A stretch of DNA of 61,250 nt, filler included, from Dugesia japonica (taxonomy: Eukaryota): assembly GCA_001938525.1 (NCBI GenBank). It is 6 parts of 6 records of this genome, joined end to end, with 100 filler letters (N's around TTAATTAATTAA, not from the genome) between each part and the next. Parts side by side here need not be neighbours in the genome. Positions count along the whole stretch, not along the records: positions 49,627 to 61,250 come from MQRL01474172.1; 5 more parts are not named here. The stretch is one strand, 5' to 3'. Under the pieces are notes generated by a model. It saw nothing but the letters and a program-made list of their open reading frames with translations, did not search any database and was not told where the DNA came from. Position 1 is the first letter of the stretch; every line of letters starts with the position of its first letter. The position numbers and the translations under genes were made by a program. Shown piece after piece: positions 49,527 through 61,250 of this stretch.

Positions 49527-50559
49527 NNNNNNNNNNNNNNNNNNNNNNNNNNNNNNNNNNNNNNNNNNNNTTAATTAATTAANNNNNNNNNNNNNNNNNN
49601 NNNNNNNNNNNNNNNNNNNNNNNNNNGACATTTTTAAAAGTGTTATTTGAATTTAATCGATTTCTGACTTTTGTTTTTAAGTGCCAGTGTAGAAAAACCC
49701 ATCTCACAAAATAGGTTGCAAATTGTAAAAGTGTCTCCTATGTTGCTCTTGTCAGCTGTTCTAAGTTAATGTTTTCAAAGTCTTACTAGCAGTAGTTTTT
49801 TATGGAAAATTTAAATACTTTTGTACGCCGGTTAAGAACTACTGGTCTAGTCCATATATTATTTAAAATTGTATGTAATGAATGATTTTGTTTGTTTTCA
49901 ATATTTACAAAGTTAAGACACTTTTATTTTAACTTTATATTACACATCATTTAGCTATATGATTTTTAACATAATGTTATTCAATTAAATACTTTACAAT
50001 TCATAGCTATGTAACAAACTGAAATCTTCAAATCTGTTGATAAAATAAAAATATTTCAATAAATAATAATCNNNNNNNNNNNNNNNNNNNNNNNNNNNNN
50101 NNNNNNNNNNNNNNNNNNNNNNNNNNNNNNNNNNNNNNNNNNNNNNNNNNNNNNNNNNNNNNNNNNNNNNNNNNNNNNNNNNNNNNNNNNNNNNNNNNNN
50201 NNNNNNNNCTAATTCATTACTTTGAAAGCAATTGTAATCTAGAAAGTATTTACAGTTAAGTGTTTAATTCTAATAAATTTATATGTTGTAGACAGTTTGG
50301 AAATTTAAATAAAATAGTAATTTTAAGAAGACTCATAAATTATATGTAGAAACATATACTATGTTTAACATCGAATCCTGGTTGATAATTTCTTTTCTGG
50401 ATTCGGTCACTCTTTTCTTTAAAAAGTCAATTCCTGACGAAGACAAGGTCGAAATATCGAATTGTTATCCAATATCAATAAATAAAACCAAAATTTTGAT
50501 CTAAGCTTTTATATTAAATGAACTCTTTTCTTATTCGGTTATATTATACTAATAGAAAG

Positions 50560-52446
50560 TGATCTAACAGTTAACTATGCCTCCACATATAATAATGACG
50601 AGTTCAGATAAAAGGTATGTTAGATACGACACTTAAAATCCAATTTAAATAGTGAGGTTCTTTGTTGTATTCCACTTTTATGTCTTATCATAACAGCTGT
50701 ATTTTTCATAGCACTGTGATCTACTGTCAGTCAATTGTAAAGTATCATCATCCAATGAATTAATTGGTCTTTTTTCTAATGATTATACATCCGTTGTAAG
50801 TAATTCAATATATCCAAGAAATGATTCTTCGATTTCACATTTCTTATTATTAATATAATCAATTTGTAAGTAACGTATGATTTTAGATAAATGTTCACGA
50901 TGTTGATATCTCCAAGAAGTTTATTTTTAACAGTAGATGCTAATAAAACATTAAATTCATTCTGAATGGCAAGCGATAAATATGAGTCGCTAATAGAAAA
51001 TCATACTGTCCAATAAGTTGTAAAGGATCTAAGAAATTTCCAATATTTTGTCCCTCACTTTTTGATAAATTTTCTTCATGACCCCTTAAAGCTAAGTTTG
51101 GATATTGCAAGAATTTAATACATGATAGGAGACATTTTAGGATTTCTCTCCGACGATATGTTTCCAGCATTTTTTGTTGTTCAAATTCACTATCAATTCC
51201 TGATTCTTGAAATAATCTTCGTTCAGCCTCTTTCAATGTTGTAAAAACAATTGTCGATGAACTGGATTATTTTCATGCTTACCAACTTTTTCAGTACGAC
51301 GACATTTCAAAAGTCCATTTGATGATGTGGATGAGGATTTGCAATTTATATTATTAAAAAATAAACAGCAAAAACAAAATACCGATACTTTATGTGTTGA
51401 ATAAACTAACCATGATCTACTAACTATATTTACATTTGCTAAATCTCGTTTAAACTGTGTAGAGGTCAAAGATCGTCCATTAGATGATGAAAAAACGCCA
51501 TTATTATTTTGAAAAGCATTGGGGCCGCATAAATTCATTTCCATACGGAGCCTTTGAGATAATTTCGGATAAAATGTTCTTTCGAACTCGATATATCCAA
51601 CATCATTGAATAATAAAACTTTTGGAATATCAATCAAATTTGGTTCAATCAAATTAATTTTCATGCTATCAATAACTACAGGTTTTAAATTTTTATTTTC
51701 ATTCATTTGTTTTGATTCATGCTCTGATTCAGAAGAATTTTTATAATCTTCTTTTTTCGGTTTTTGTTAAAAAAAACTCTTCTTAATTTCGCTAGACTTT
51801 TGAGTATCTCTTTCCGTTGATTTTGATTTTTTTTCGGCTTTGAGTACTGCTTAATTTTCCAGAAGACATTATTTTAATTTAATCTAGAATAACAAATTAA
51901 ATTAACCTAATAATTTCTCGGGATCGAATCACTCTGATGTAACTACATGATGTATTAAGCTAAATTGTGAATTCAAATCAAGATTGGAATTCATATCTTA
52001 GATTCTCGTCTTTCAGATAACTTGCTTTGTGTATCTTCTGTTAGAATTATAATTGTTAAGTTAAATACAAAAGCTTGTGCTTTTTCTTTGGTGGAATCGA
52101 AAAAGATTCATGAATTTTTGCCACCTGCTAAAACAATTACACCCGGTATGTACTGTGATCAACTGACTTGTTTAGCAGCCGAATTACATAATAAACTCAC
52201 CAAATATTTTCGAGGAAGAAAAAGGCTACAAGATGATCCAGAAAGAATAAAAAGTCATTTCAATTGTTATTGACAACTTTGCTAAAAATGCTGGGACTAA
52301 GAACAAGATAAATTCTATTTTAGATGAATCGGGATTAGATTTTCTTGCGTTAAACAATTATGAATAATCATTAAATGGAAAAAGGGCAGTATTATACCAA
52401 CATTAATTACGATTTGTTAAATTATAATTTTAATTAGACGCCCCTG
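50560..52446 (-). mobile_element. hAT transposon remnant (ZMYM1/DUF4371-type)
   Basis: RSWLVYS...VFCFCCLF, KHENNPVH, LALRGHEE...GNFL; CAGGGGCGTC terminus on the minus strand at 52446. Confidence 0.8.
52075..52200 (+). pseudogene. mariner transposase fragment
   Basis: IHEFLPPAKTITPGMYCDQLTCLAAEL resembles the mariner catalytic-domain segment. Confidence 0.6.
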
Positions 52447-53042
52447 TTTTTGAAAAATTCAAATTTTGAAAATATAAAAAATAAATAATGTCATTTAAAA
52501 TAATATTTATATATTTATTATTAGATTATAAATTAATTTTGTATTTAAAAATGTTTAAAAAATTTAAAAACCAAGAATTTTTAAAAGTAAGATTTATAGC
52601 CATCTTATATTCAGTATAATTGGTCGAATCTTTGTTTAAATAATACAGACTAAATAAACTCATTTTTTTCATTTTTGTTTGACGATGTCGGTTGATTCGT
52701 CGAAATATATAACAATAAAGTTTTATTTTAAATGGCGTTATTTATTTTTTTATTAAACATTTTCCATCGTTTTTTACATATTTAGAATATATAATTCGCT
52801 ATATTTCTTCTTTAATAGTAAGGTTCTCAATACAATATAACAAATGTTATAATTTCGGCCTGTTTAATTATTTATATTTTAAAAAATTAAATTAATTACA
52901 AAAAGATTAACTACGTTGTTTTTGATTTTTATCTTTTTAAGTGTAAAAAATGTTTTTAAAAAAATTATTTTTAAAATTTTCTTTATAAACATTGTCTATC
53001 ACAGTATTTCCATCGTTCGTTTTGCTTTACAAATTAATTGTA

Positions 53043-53234
53043 CAGTCAACTCTCCCTATACCGCCAATATTCGTAATTTGCTTAAAATAAATATTTTCGA
53101 TGGCATAGGAGTGGAATTTTTGAAAAGTTTACTCTTTTGTTAAATTATTATGTTGAAAAGAGTATGATTCAGTATACTTTAGAATATTTTCTTTGGGCGA
53201 TATAGGGAGGTAACGGAATAGTGGGGGTTAACTG
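53043..53234. mobile_element. Tc1/mariner-pogo-type MITE
   Basis: TA|CAGTCAACTC ... GGGTTAACTG|TA; internal CTCCCTATA / TATAGGGAG inverted pair. Confidence 0.6.
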
Positions 53235-53564
53235 TACTATTAATTATTTAATTCTAGAAACAAATTATTATTATTTAGCTATTTACAATTTATAAATAGT
53301 GTAATTCTTTGAATTATTCTAGTTTATTTATAATGTTAAAGAAGTAGAAAAATCTTTATATAGCAATATGTAGAGTATTAGAAAATAAATACATTTTATT
53401 CACGAATTTTGTCTTACTCGGTAATATTTAGATTCTTTGAACTTTCTTTTTAACTTTGTACTTGATTAAAAAACGGAACTTTAAACTTATAATTTTAATT
53501 ATTGTCAATTATTCTTTTTCTGTTTCAATTACAATTTAATTTTCTATTTTTATCAATATTTCAG

Positions 53565-54325
53565 GGATTTATTGGGGACATGATAAATTACCTATCAAAT
53601 AATGAAACTAAAAACTTATTAGAAATTTCCACTAAAAATATGAAAGATAAATTTCCTGTTAATAAATTAATTACTCTTATCCATAATGAAGATTTTCTCA
53701 CAGGAAAAAAATTAAATGAGAAAATCTCCATGTTGCAGAAAATATTCGAAATCTTATTCGGTTATTCGAAAAACTTGCTGATAAAATTCGATGTTTATCG
53801 TGATAAATATATTAAAGTAAAATATCAAAATAAATGAATATTAAATTTAAATTTATTAGATTAATACGTTTCAAATAGCTAATTACCTGTCAGAATTACC
53901 TGATTATTCAAATTATTTAGCATTGATAGGCTATTTATTTTATGAAAATAATCAAGAATGGAGATTTTCCGAAACGAAATTATCAAACGAAAGACGGACA
54001 ATATTACAAGATTTGACGGTTTGCTGTGCTCTTGGATACGATTATTGGAACGATTGTTTAAAGGTAATTTTGTTTATTTTTTTTTAAAATTTTAATTTTA
54101 AAAATATTTAATAGTTGTCAGAAATATTTCTGAAAATTTATGAAAAATATTTAATAATTTTCCAATATTGAGTTATTTAATAAAATATATATATATATAT
54201 TTTTTTTTAAGGAGCTTGAACAAAACATATCGACCTTTAATATAATGCTATTCGATAAATATAAAAATTTAAACTTTGATAATTTATTGTTGAAAATTGA
54301 CTCGTTAATGACGAATAATCAATAA
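53565..54325 (+). CDS. 3' exons of an unidentified host gene (53565-53816, 53860-54063, 54212-54325)
   Basis: Canonical GT-AG phase-0 introns of 43 and 148 bp join into one open frame ending in TAA. Confidence 0.65.
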
Positions 54326-54749
54326 AAATATTAAAAAAAAATTTTTCTAGTTATATCTTTTTCTGGTCGTTAAATGAGTTTGAAGCATTCATCGGATAAT
54401 TAATGTCAAAACTCGTTTCCATAAAAGATTTTTTCTCAAAACAAAACTTTAACCATCATTATTTGTTTTTTCAAACAAATGTAATTAGAAATTATTTTTT
54501 AATAATTTTAAAATTTTAGATAAAAGTTTCATTTAAAACAATTCGAAAATTTTAAGAAAATTATTATTTGTTATTAAAATATCATTTAAAATTCACAGAA
54601 ATTTTAAAACAAAATTGTCATTTCTAAAAATCTACAATAAATTGTGTATAAAAATATTGAAATTAATCCTTAAACTACACAAAATTTCATTTAATTTACT
54701 TTAGTTTATTAATTAATTTGTGACTTTCAATTTTTAAATAAAAGATTTT

Positions 54750-57725
54750 AAGAAAATGATTTCCAACCAAAGCACAAAAATTTCAACTCGCTTTTCAAAG
54801 CATACTTACATCCCACTTTTCAGAAATTTTTTGATCTTCTCTACATTTCTTTCGAGACCTTTTCTATTTGTATCTTCAAGGATATAACGTTTGTCGTGAA
54901 CCTATCCTTTGATCTTATAGGGTCCTTCAAATCGATCATGGTTCTTGTTTCAACTTTCACAAAGACCTCATCACCAACCTTGAATTGTCTTTTGGTTAGT
55001 ATATCTTTATTTTGCTCTTTGTGCTCTCTTTGAGAATCTATTTCTTACCTTTTTTCTCTGCTTATTCTCTTCCCAACTAAGATTTCAGCAGGACTTCTCC
55101 TGATGGTCTTGTGTTTTGTAGCATTTAAGATAAATTCTATCTTTCTCAATACCTCCGCCCAATCTGTGGTTTTCCTTTCTTTAAGTGTCGCATTTATCAT
55201 ATCTCGTATAATTCTAAACTGCCTCTGGATTTGTCCATTTGTGTTATGATGATATGGACTTGAAAACTTGAGGGTAATTCCATGTTCAGCTGCAAAATCT
55301 TTCATTGATTTAGACTCAAATGCTCTTCCACAATCAACTCTAATTTCTCTCGNNNNNNNNNNNTTTAATATCCACTTCTCCATTATTGCTTTCCGTATGG
55401 TATCTTCATCTTGTCTTGTCATTGCTATCAAGGCTATATACTTACTGTATTGATCTATTTTACAGATAACATATCTTTTTCGACCTCTTCTCTCCTGCAG
55501 TGGTCCACAAAAATCTATAAATAACAACTGGAAAATGTCGGCTGGTTGTGTCATTTTAGTTTCTTCCATCGTTTTTGTTGACAACACGTTAGCTTTCTGG
55601 CATGTTATACAGCTTTGAACCACCTCTTGTACTTTGCTCCACAAAGGTTTTGCGTTATATTTATGCTTCATATACGCTGCTAATTTTTCTGCTCCAGCAT
55701 GAAATAATAGATGGTGTATCCTCATTAAAACCTTTTCTACTTTATCATCAGGTATCCATGTTCCTTCATCATTTTCTCCAGAATTGCCTTACTATAGGAT
55801 ATTTACTATATTTAACATCCTTGTTTTTCATTTTCCACTATTTGGATCTTCGTGTGACATTAGACATTGTGCACATGTATCGCATGTACTCCTTGACAAC
55901 ATATCCGCATTTGTATGAATCAATCTTTTTCTATATTCCAATTTTATATCTAAACTTCTCAAGTAATTAATGCAAGTTTGAAACTGTGACGTGATCGGTT
56001 TCTTAGTATTTAGCATAAAAGTGATAGCTTTATAGTCTGTTCTAAGGATAAATCTCTTCCCATATAAGTAATGTTTGAAATGAATAGAAAAGTAATAAAT
56101 TGCTAGTCATTCTTTCCGCGTAGTACAATATCATTTCTCATGGCTAGTCATTGTGTGAGACCCATATGCAATTACTCTTTCTTGCCCATTGTTGTCCTTT
56201 TGAGATAGTAATGCCCTTGCATCCGTGTCCAAAATAAATCCTCTATTTATATCTGGAAAATATAATATTGTAGACATCATTAGTGCCTCTTTCATTCCAT
56301 TAAAAACTTCTTCTAATTCGTCCGCACATTGGATTTTCTTGTTACTCGGCCCACTTCACAGTTGTTCCAGCAATCTAGCTTATTTAGAATAATCTTTAAT
56401 AAATTTGCGATAGTAATTGCAAATTCCCAAAAAGCTTTTCATCTTCTTAACACATTTTGGCTTGCGAAAGTTCTTAATTGCTTTTATTTTAGTTGGATCT
56501 GTTTTGGGACCTTCTTTATCGATAATGTGCCCCAGAACGTTTCGCAGGAATTCAAATTTCCCCGGATATACTCTTAGACCAGCATTCTTGGTTTCTGTCA
56601 GTACTTTATTGACTTTTTCATAGTAAATATGAGAATATCATCTAGGTAAACTACCGCTCCTTTTATTTTCCCGATCACTTTATTCATCATTTCCTGGAAC
56701 GTACCTAGTGCTGTCGCCATTCTAAAAAGCATTTTATTGAAACAACATTGTCCTTGTTTGGTTGATAAAGCCGTCTTTCTTTTGAATCTTCACTAAGTTC
56801 TACTTGATAGTATGCATTTCCCAAGTCTATGGAGCTAAAATACTGTACACCTTTCAAAGCATGCAGCATTTTGTTCACATTTGGCATAGGAAAAGCTTGT
56901 CTTTCTGTTATTACATTGAGCTGTTTAAAGTCTAAGCATAATCGTATATCCTTTTTTTCCTTTTTCCAAACGCAGATTAATGGCGTATTCCATTATGAGA
57001 ATTATATTTCCGGATGTTACCGTTAGTATACAGATTCTTGATAGCCTTTTCAATCTTTTCTTTTAGATTCATTGGTGGGCGATACAGTTTTATGTTGATT
57101 GGACCTTCTTTAGTGATTATTCGATGTTTCGTTAAGTGTGTGCATCTAATGTCCTATTTGTCCGTCATAAATACATCTTCATTATTCTGAATAATCGTAG
57201 TCAATCTATGATTTTTTTTTAATTTCTAGAATCTCCATCGCATGTCTCAGTCGTTCACCCGTCTGTATCTGTCTTCCAAATTTTGCCTCGATATTGCAAA
57301 CAAATTTTTCTCGTTGATTATTAATGTTTATCTTTCATTTTTTCTGAAGATGAAAATCCACTCCACCGATTAGATCTGGTATTAATTTCACTACTATTAT
57401 AAATGTTACTTCCTTGCACACCTCTGAAACTATAACTTCCACACGTATCTTTCAAATTGTCTCCAATGAGCTGTTATTCGCGCAATGTAATCATTCCAAG
57501 CTTTTCTCTAACATCGTTTCTTCGAGTCTACTAAATCTTTCCATACTCATTTCATTTAGTCTTGCTCTTGTATCTTACAAACAATCAAACTGTTCACCCT
57601 TGATCATCACTGAAATGCTAGGTCTCCCTTGCTTCTTATCATACGAAATTTCTACGTTCTGTTTCTCTTCAATTATTCCTATCACTTCTGCTTTGTTAAC
57701 TTCCTCATCGTTGAAAATTTTCTAG
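54750..57725 (-). mobile_element. Gypsy LTR retrotransposon pol remnant (RT, RNase H, integrase) with PPT and 3' LTR start
   Basis: YFSSIDLGNAYYQV, YLDDIL, FILDTDA, FILRTDYKA, HHLLFHAG...CITC, FIDFCGPL, VDCGRAF; AAAAGTGGGA|TGTAAG at 54820-54805. Confidence 0.9.
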
Positions 57726-57749
57726 GAAATAGTTTTATGTAATATTTTT

Positions 57750-57938
57750 TAAGCCTTTGAACCCGTAAACCATGGCTTGTAAAAAACGCTACCTTTCAAC
57801 GTGGTAAGTTTTGGTGTATCGAATCAAGATATTGATTAAAAAATTAAAAGGAATGTTATAGAATACTTTATTTTTTATGAAAAATTTTCATTTTTCAGAT
57901 AAAAATTTTATTTTTCGTTAAGCGCATTCAAAGGTTTA
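57750..57938. mobile_element. Possible piggyBac-like MITE
   Basis: TAAGCCTTTGAA ... TTCAAAGGTTTA inverted ends. Confidence 0.35.
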
Positions 57939-58699
57939 NNNNNNNNNNNNNNNNNNNNNNNNNNNNNNNNNNNNNNNNNNNNNNNNNNNNNNNNNNNNNN
58001 NNNNNNNNNNNNNNNNNNNNNNNNTTTACCGTTTTGTTGTATCATGATTCCTTTTAAATTAAAAAGTATTTAGAAATTTGATTAAATCGTTTAGAAATTT
58101 TAATAAAATTAGTTGAAAATGGATTACAACCAGTAAAAAATTCTATATTAGAAATATATTTTTTTTATTAATTTTTAACAGCTGTTTTTGAAAAACCCTA
58201 TCCGTTACTATTTCAAATTTTCATGTAACATCAACCCGATGATCGAAATATTTTTAAGGTTTGATTCCAGCAGAACACTGCTATTTTTCTGATACCAGTT
58301 TACGATCTTTGTCTATAGATTTATTATTGAAATTGAGAAATATTTTTTTTTCAACGGAGAAATAATTTTCATTAAAAAATGAAAAATAGGAAGATCATTC
58401 AATATGTTAAAAAAAATTTGTAAATTATTCTTTAAATGAATTTTAATTTAATAAAATACGTCAGAAAATTGAAAAATTAAAATCATTTTTTTTACTTTAA
58501 AAAATGTATTTTAGAATTTTAAAAAAATAAAATGAAATTTTTTTGAAATTTTAATATTAAAAAGTAAAATTAATAAAATTTAGTAAATGTTAAATTTGAA
58601 TTTAATAAAATAAATACTACGGAAATAATTATTGAATTTAAAGTTCTATTGTGATAAAACAAAGAAAATAAATTCTCTGTCTTGATAATATTGCAGATA

Positions 58700-59690
58700 T
58701 ACAGTGAATCCAGTGAAGGTGCGTGACTAATTTGATCAATTTGAGTGTCTTATGTTAATGTTTCATTATCACGTTAATTATGTTAAAATGATAAGTTAAC
58801 TACTGCAGATTTATACGATTAAAATTTTGAAAGTAGAAAATTAATCATTTTGTGTTAGTATATCAAAATTAATTTAATTTCGATACATACTGATAATGAT
58901 TTGTTGATTTATTTGTAAGTAGAATCGTTTTTAAAAAAATCATGAAATTATTTTGTTATCTCAAACACGGTTGTCTTAATTTATTTCTAAATGTTCATCA
59001 TAAAATCACTACTTCAATTCCATATTGAGGGATTTTTGGTAAAGATTAATCGAAGTCTTTTTATTTCATTTGAATAATTTTTCTTTTATGAATATTGTAA
59101 AAATAATTGGCAAAATTATTATTTTTTAGATTTACACTTAGAAAACCGTGTAAATCGAAAACAAACGAAAATGTGCATAATTCAATCATTTTTTTCAACG
59201 TAAAATATATCTTAAAAACAAAAATAACGATCTATTCATAAAATGACAAATATAAATTAAAAAGTTTAACTGAAAATTTAATTAATGTTATCAGTATCGT
59301 AGACTATTAATCTTTTCTTCCTGATTGGTATTATGTCACTTTTATCAATCGATAGTACTTGATGCGATTCAAGTTAGATGTTAAATGAATTAGAAACGAT
59401 TTCAAGTAGGCGAACCTTGTTAATGAAATATTTAATTAACAATTGTGTTTGGTTTATGATCATATCTTTATAGACATTCTCATATTGAATTAAGCGTTTA
59501 TTAATATCTCGCTGAAATAAGAGTTCAACATTAGGGTCATTTTGTAGAAAATAATTATCCAATTTTTGCCGTAATTCAAGTCCTTCATGCATGACTTTTG
59601 CTATAAATGCAGCTTGTTTAGACTCCTCTTCATCAAGATCACTGTCACGATCATTTGCTTCATTAATATGAAATTTTAAAAAATCCCTGA
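58700..59690 (-). mobile_element. Tigger/pogo remnant
   Basis: EGLEL..KLDNYFLQNDPN...FQRDI...YENVY...Q..IKYF resembles the Tigger C-terminus; TA|CAGTGAATCC at 58701. Confidence 0.55.
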
Positions 59691-60091
59691 AAGAAAATAA
59701 AATATGGAATTTAAAAATGAATAGAGATATAAGCGTTAATGTTACGAAGTGAACGGAATTTTAAAAAGCCCATATTTTTAAAATCGCGTAAATAAAGTGT
59801 AAGTGTGCTTATTTTCATAGCTACATTCACAAATATCTTTAGAAATGTAGGCTTCATTTAGTTACTATTCGGCATATCCGTGTTATAATATATTTGAAGA
59901 AAAAATTGATTTATAAAAATGTTCAGTGTGACCGTCGGATCAAATAGTTTGCAGACACCTGGATAAAATTTTTAAAAAATATTTCCAATATTTTAAATAT
60001 AAAGGTGTTAGGATTCTGGATTCGATAAAGATTTGCATTTTCATTTTGCAATATCCTTGTTAAATAATTATATTTTCTTCAGTATTTATTC

Positions 60092-61087
60092 TTGACAATA
60101 TTTACCGATCAACGTTTATCAATGGATCACTTAATGAACGAACAAAACTGTGAATTTTGCGATTTTGAATTGGATAAATCAGAATATAGATGTGCTGTAT
60201 GTTTAACTGAAATTAAAAAAATGTCATTTTTTGGACGATGGCAAAGTCAGCCGGTTCTCACACAAAAGTATTCTTCTTTAGAAACTATTAAAAAAAATTC
60301 TCAAAATGCACCAAAATTCTTTTCATTATCAATTACAAAATCCAATAATTCAATTTGTACTCATTCTACTAACGATTATAGTAATAAATGCTGTTCTGAT
60401 TATAATAATAATAAAACCAATAATATTTTTTGGACTTGTGAATGTAGTTTTGTTAATGAAGCGAATCAAGTAAATTGTTCAATGTGTTATAAAGCGAGAA
60501 TAAATCAAAATTCCGATGACAAAGTGTTAATAGATAAATCTAATTTTATTGAATTGCCTTCCAATTTTCGTTCAAATGAAAATAATAAAATGGTTAAAGT
60601 TGAGCAAAAGAAACAGATGGAATTACATAGTGAACGTAATTATGATGAAGATGAATGGGAATGTTATTATTGCACAACTAAAAATCAAATAGATATAATT
60701 AACTGCTCTACATGTTATAATGAAAATCCAAATAAACCTAAATCTCAAATAATTAACACTGAAGATGAAAACGATAATAAGAAAGTGCAAAAAATCGATG
60801 AGAAATTGCCGCTCTATAATTTGAATAATGACCAAAATATGATGCAAAATAAACCAATATATCCGAAAAACGAAAATCAAATCAATTATATTGAAGATAA
60901 AGGTTTTAATGACAAACCTGTTGATAAAAACGAAAACCCCAAAATCTTTATTCCAATAAATCACCCTCATGTAAATGGTACGCAAGATTTATTAAACAAT
61001 AATGAAAATGGTGTATTTGGAGGACTTGTGAGTTGGATTTTTAAAAAGGTTTTAAATCTTTATTCATGGTTTGTTAATATGTGTTGA
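60092..61087 (+). CDS. Host protein with RanBP2-type zinc fingers
   Basis: Intact ~1-kb frame; WTCECSFVNEANQVNCSMC and WECYYCTTKNQIDIINCSTC, plus CEFC...CAVC; ATG at 60122 or splice acceptor at ~60082. Confidence 0.7.
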   Translation: MTIFTDQRLSMDHLMNEQNCEFCDFELDKSEYRCAVCLTEIKKMSFFGRWQSQPVLTQKYSSLETIKKNSQNAPKFFSLSITKSNNSICTHSTNDYSNKCCSDYNNNKTNNIFWTCECSFVNEANQVNCSMCYKARINQNSDDKVLIDKSNFIELPSNFRSNENNKMVKVEQKKQMELHSERNYDEDEWECYYCTTKNQIDIINCSTCYNENPNKPKSQIINTEDENDNKKVQKIDEKLPLYNLNNDQNMMQNKPIYPKNENQINYIEDKGFNDKPVDKNENPKIFIPINHPHVNGTQDLLNNNENGVFGGLVSWIFKKVLNLYSWFVNMC

Positions 61088-61250
61088 TAATCTTGAAATG
61101 TACTTTTTAAAATTTTTTAAATTATATTTTGTTAAATGAGTCTACATTATGAGTTCATAAGAAATAACATGAGTCGTATATTATAATTACAATTATTGTG
61201 AGAATAATTGTTGGGCTTAACCATTGATCGGATTTGAGATTTCATTAAAA

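Overview
Very AT-rich eukaryotic DNA. The 43-50 bp introns and (ATT)n microsatellites are consistent with a flatworm/planarian-like animal, but the host cannot be proven from the sequence. The window consists of six contigs joined by artificial 100-bp N/TTAATTAATTAA/N linkers, so adjacency across linkers is not evidence of linkage. Contig 1 (1-8664) is a decayed retroelement segment with three gag-like/zinc-knuckle and several coiled-coil ORFs. Contig 2 (8765-20850) is most of a decayed Polinton/Maverick ('Polinton A'): pPolB, pX-like core protein, penton, adenain protease, fiber-like and membrane ORFs, packaging ATPase, a PLA2-integrase fusion and the major capsid protein. Its pPolB is split at motif C (YSD|TDS) by a ~346-codon intein containing a LAGLIDADG homing endonuclease that resembles giant-virus PolB inteins; this is the most striking feature of the window. 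Contigs 3-5 hold rearranged fragments of a second Polinton family ('Polinton B', with a different capsid module, an intein-free motif C and AGTAGGTAGATAG termini), MULE remnants, a long-TIR element, a solo LTR and a host ankyrin exon. Contig 6 has hAT, mariner, Gypsy and Tigger remnants, MITEs and two host genes.
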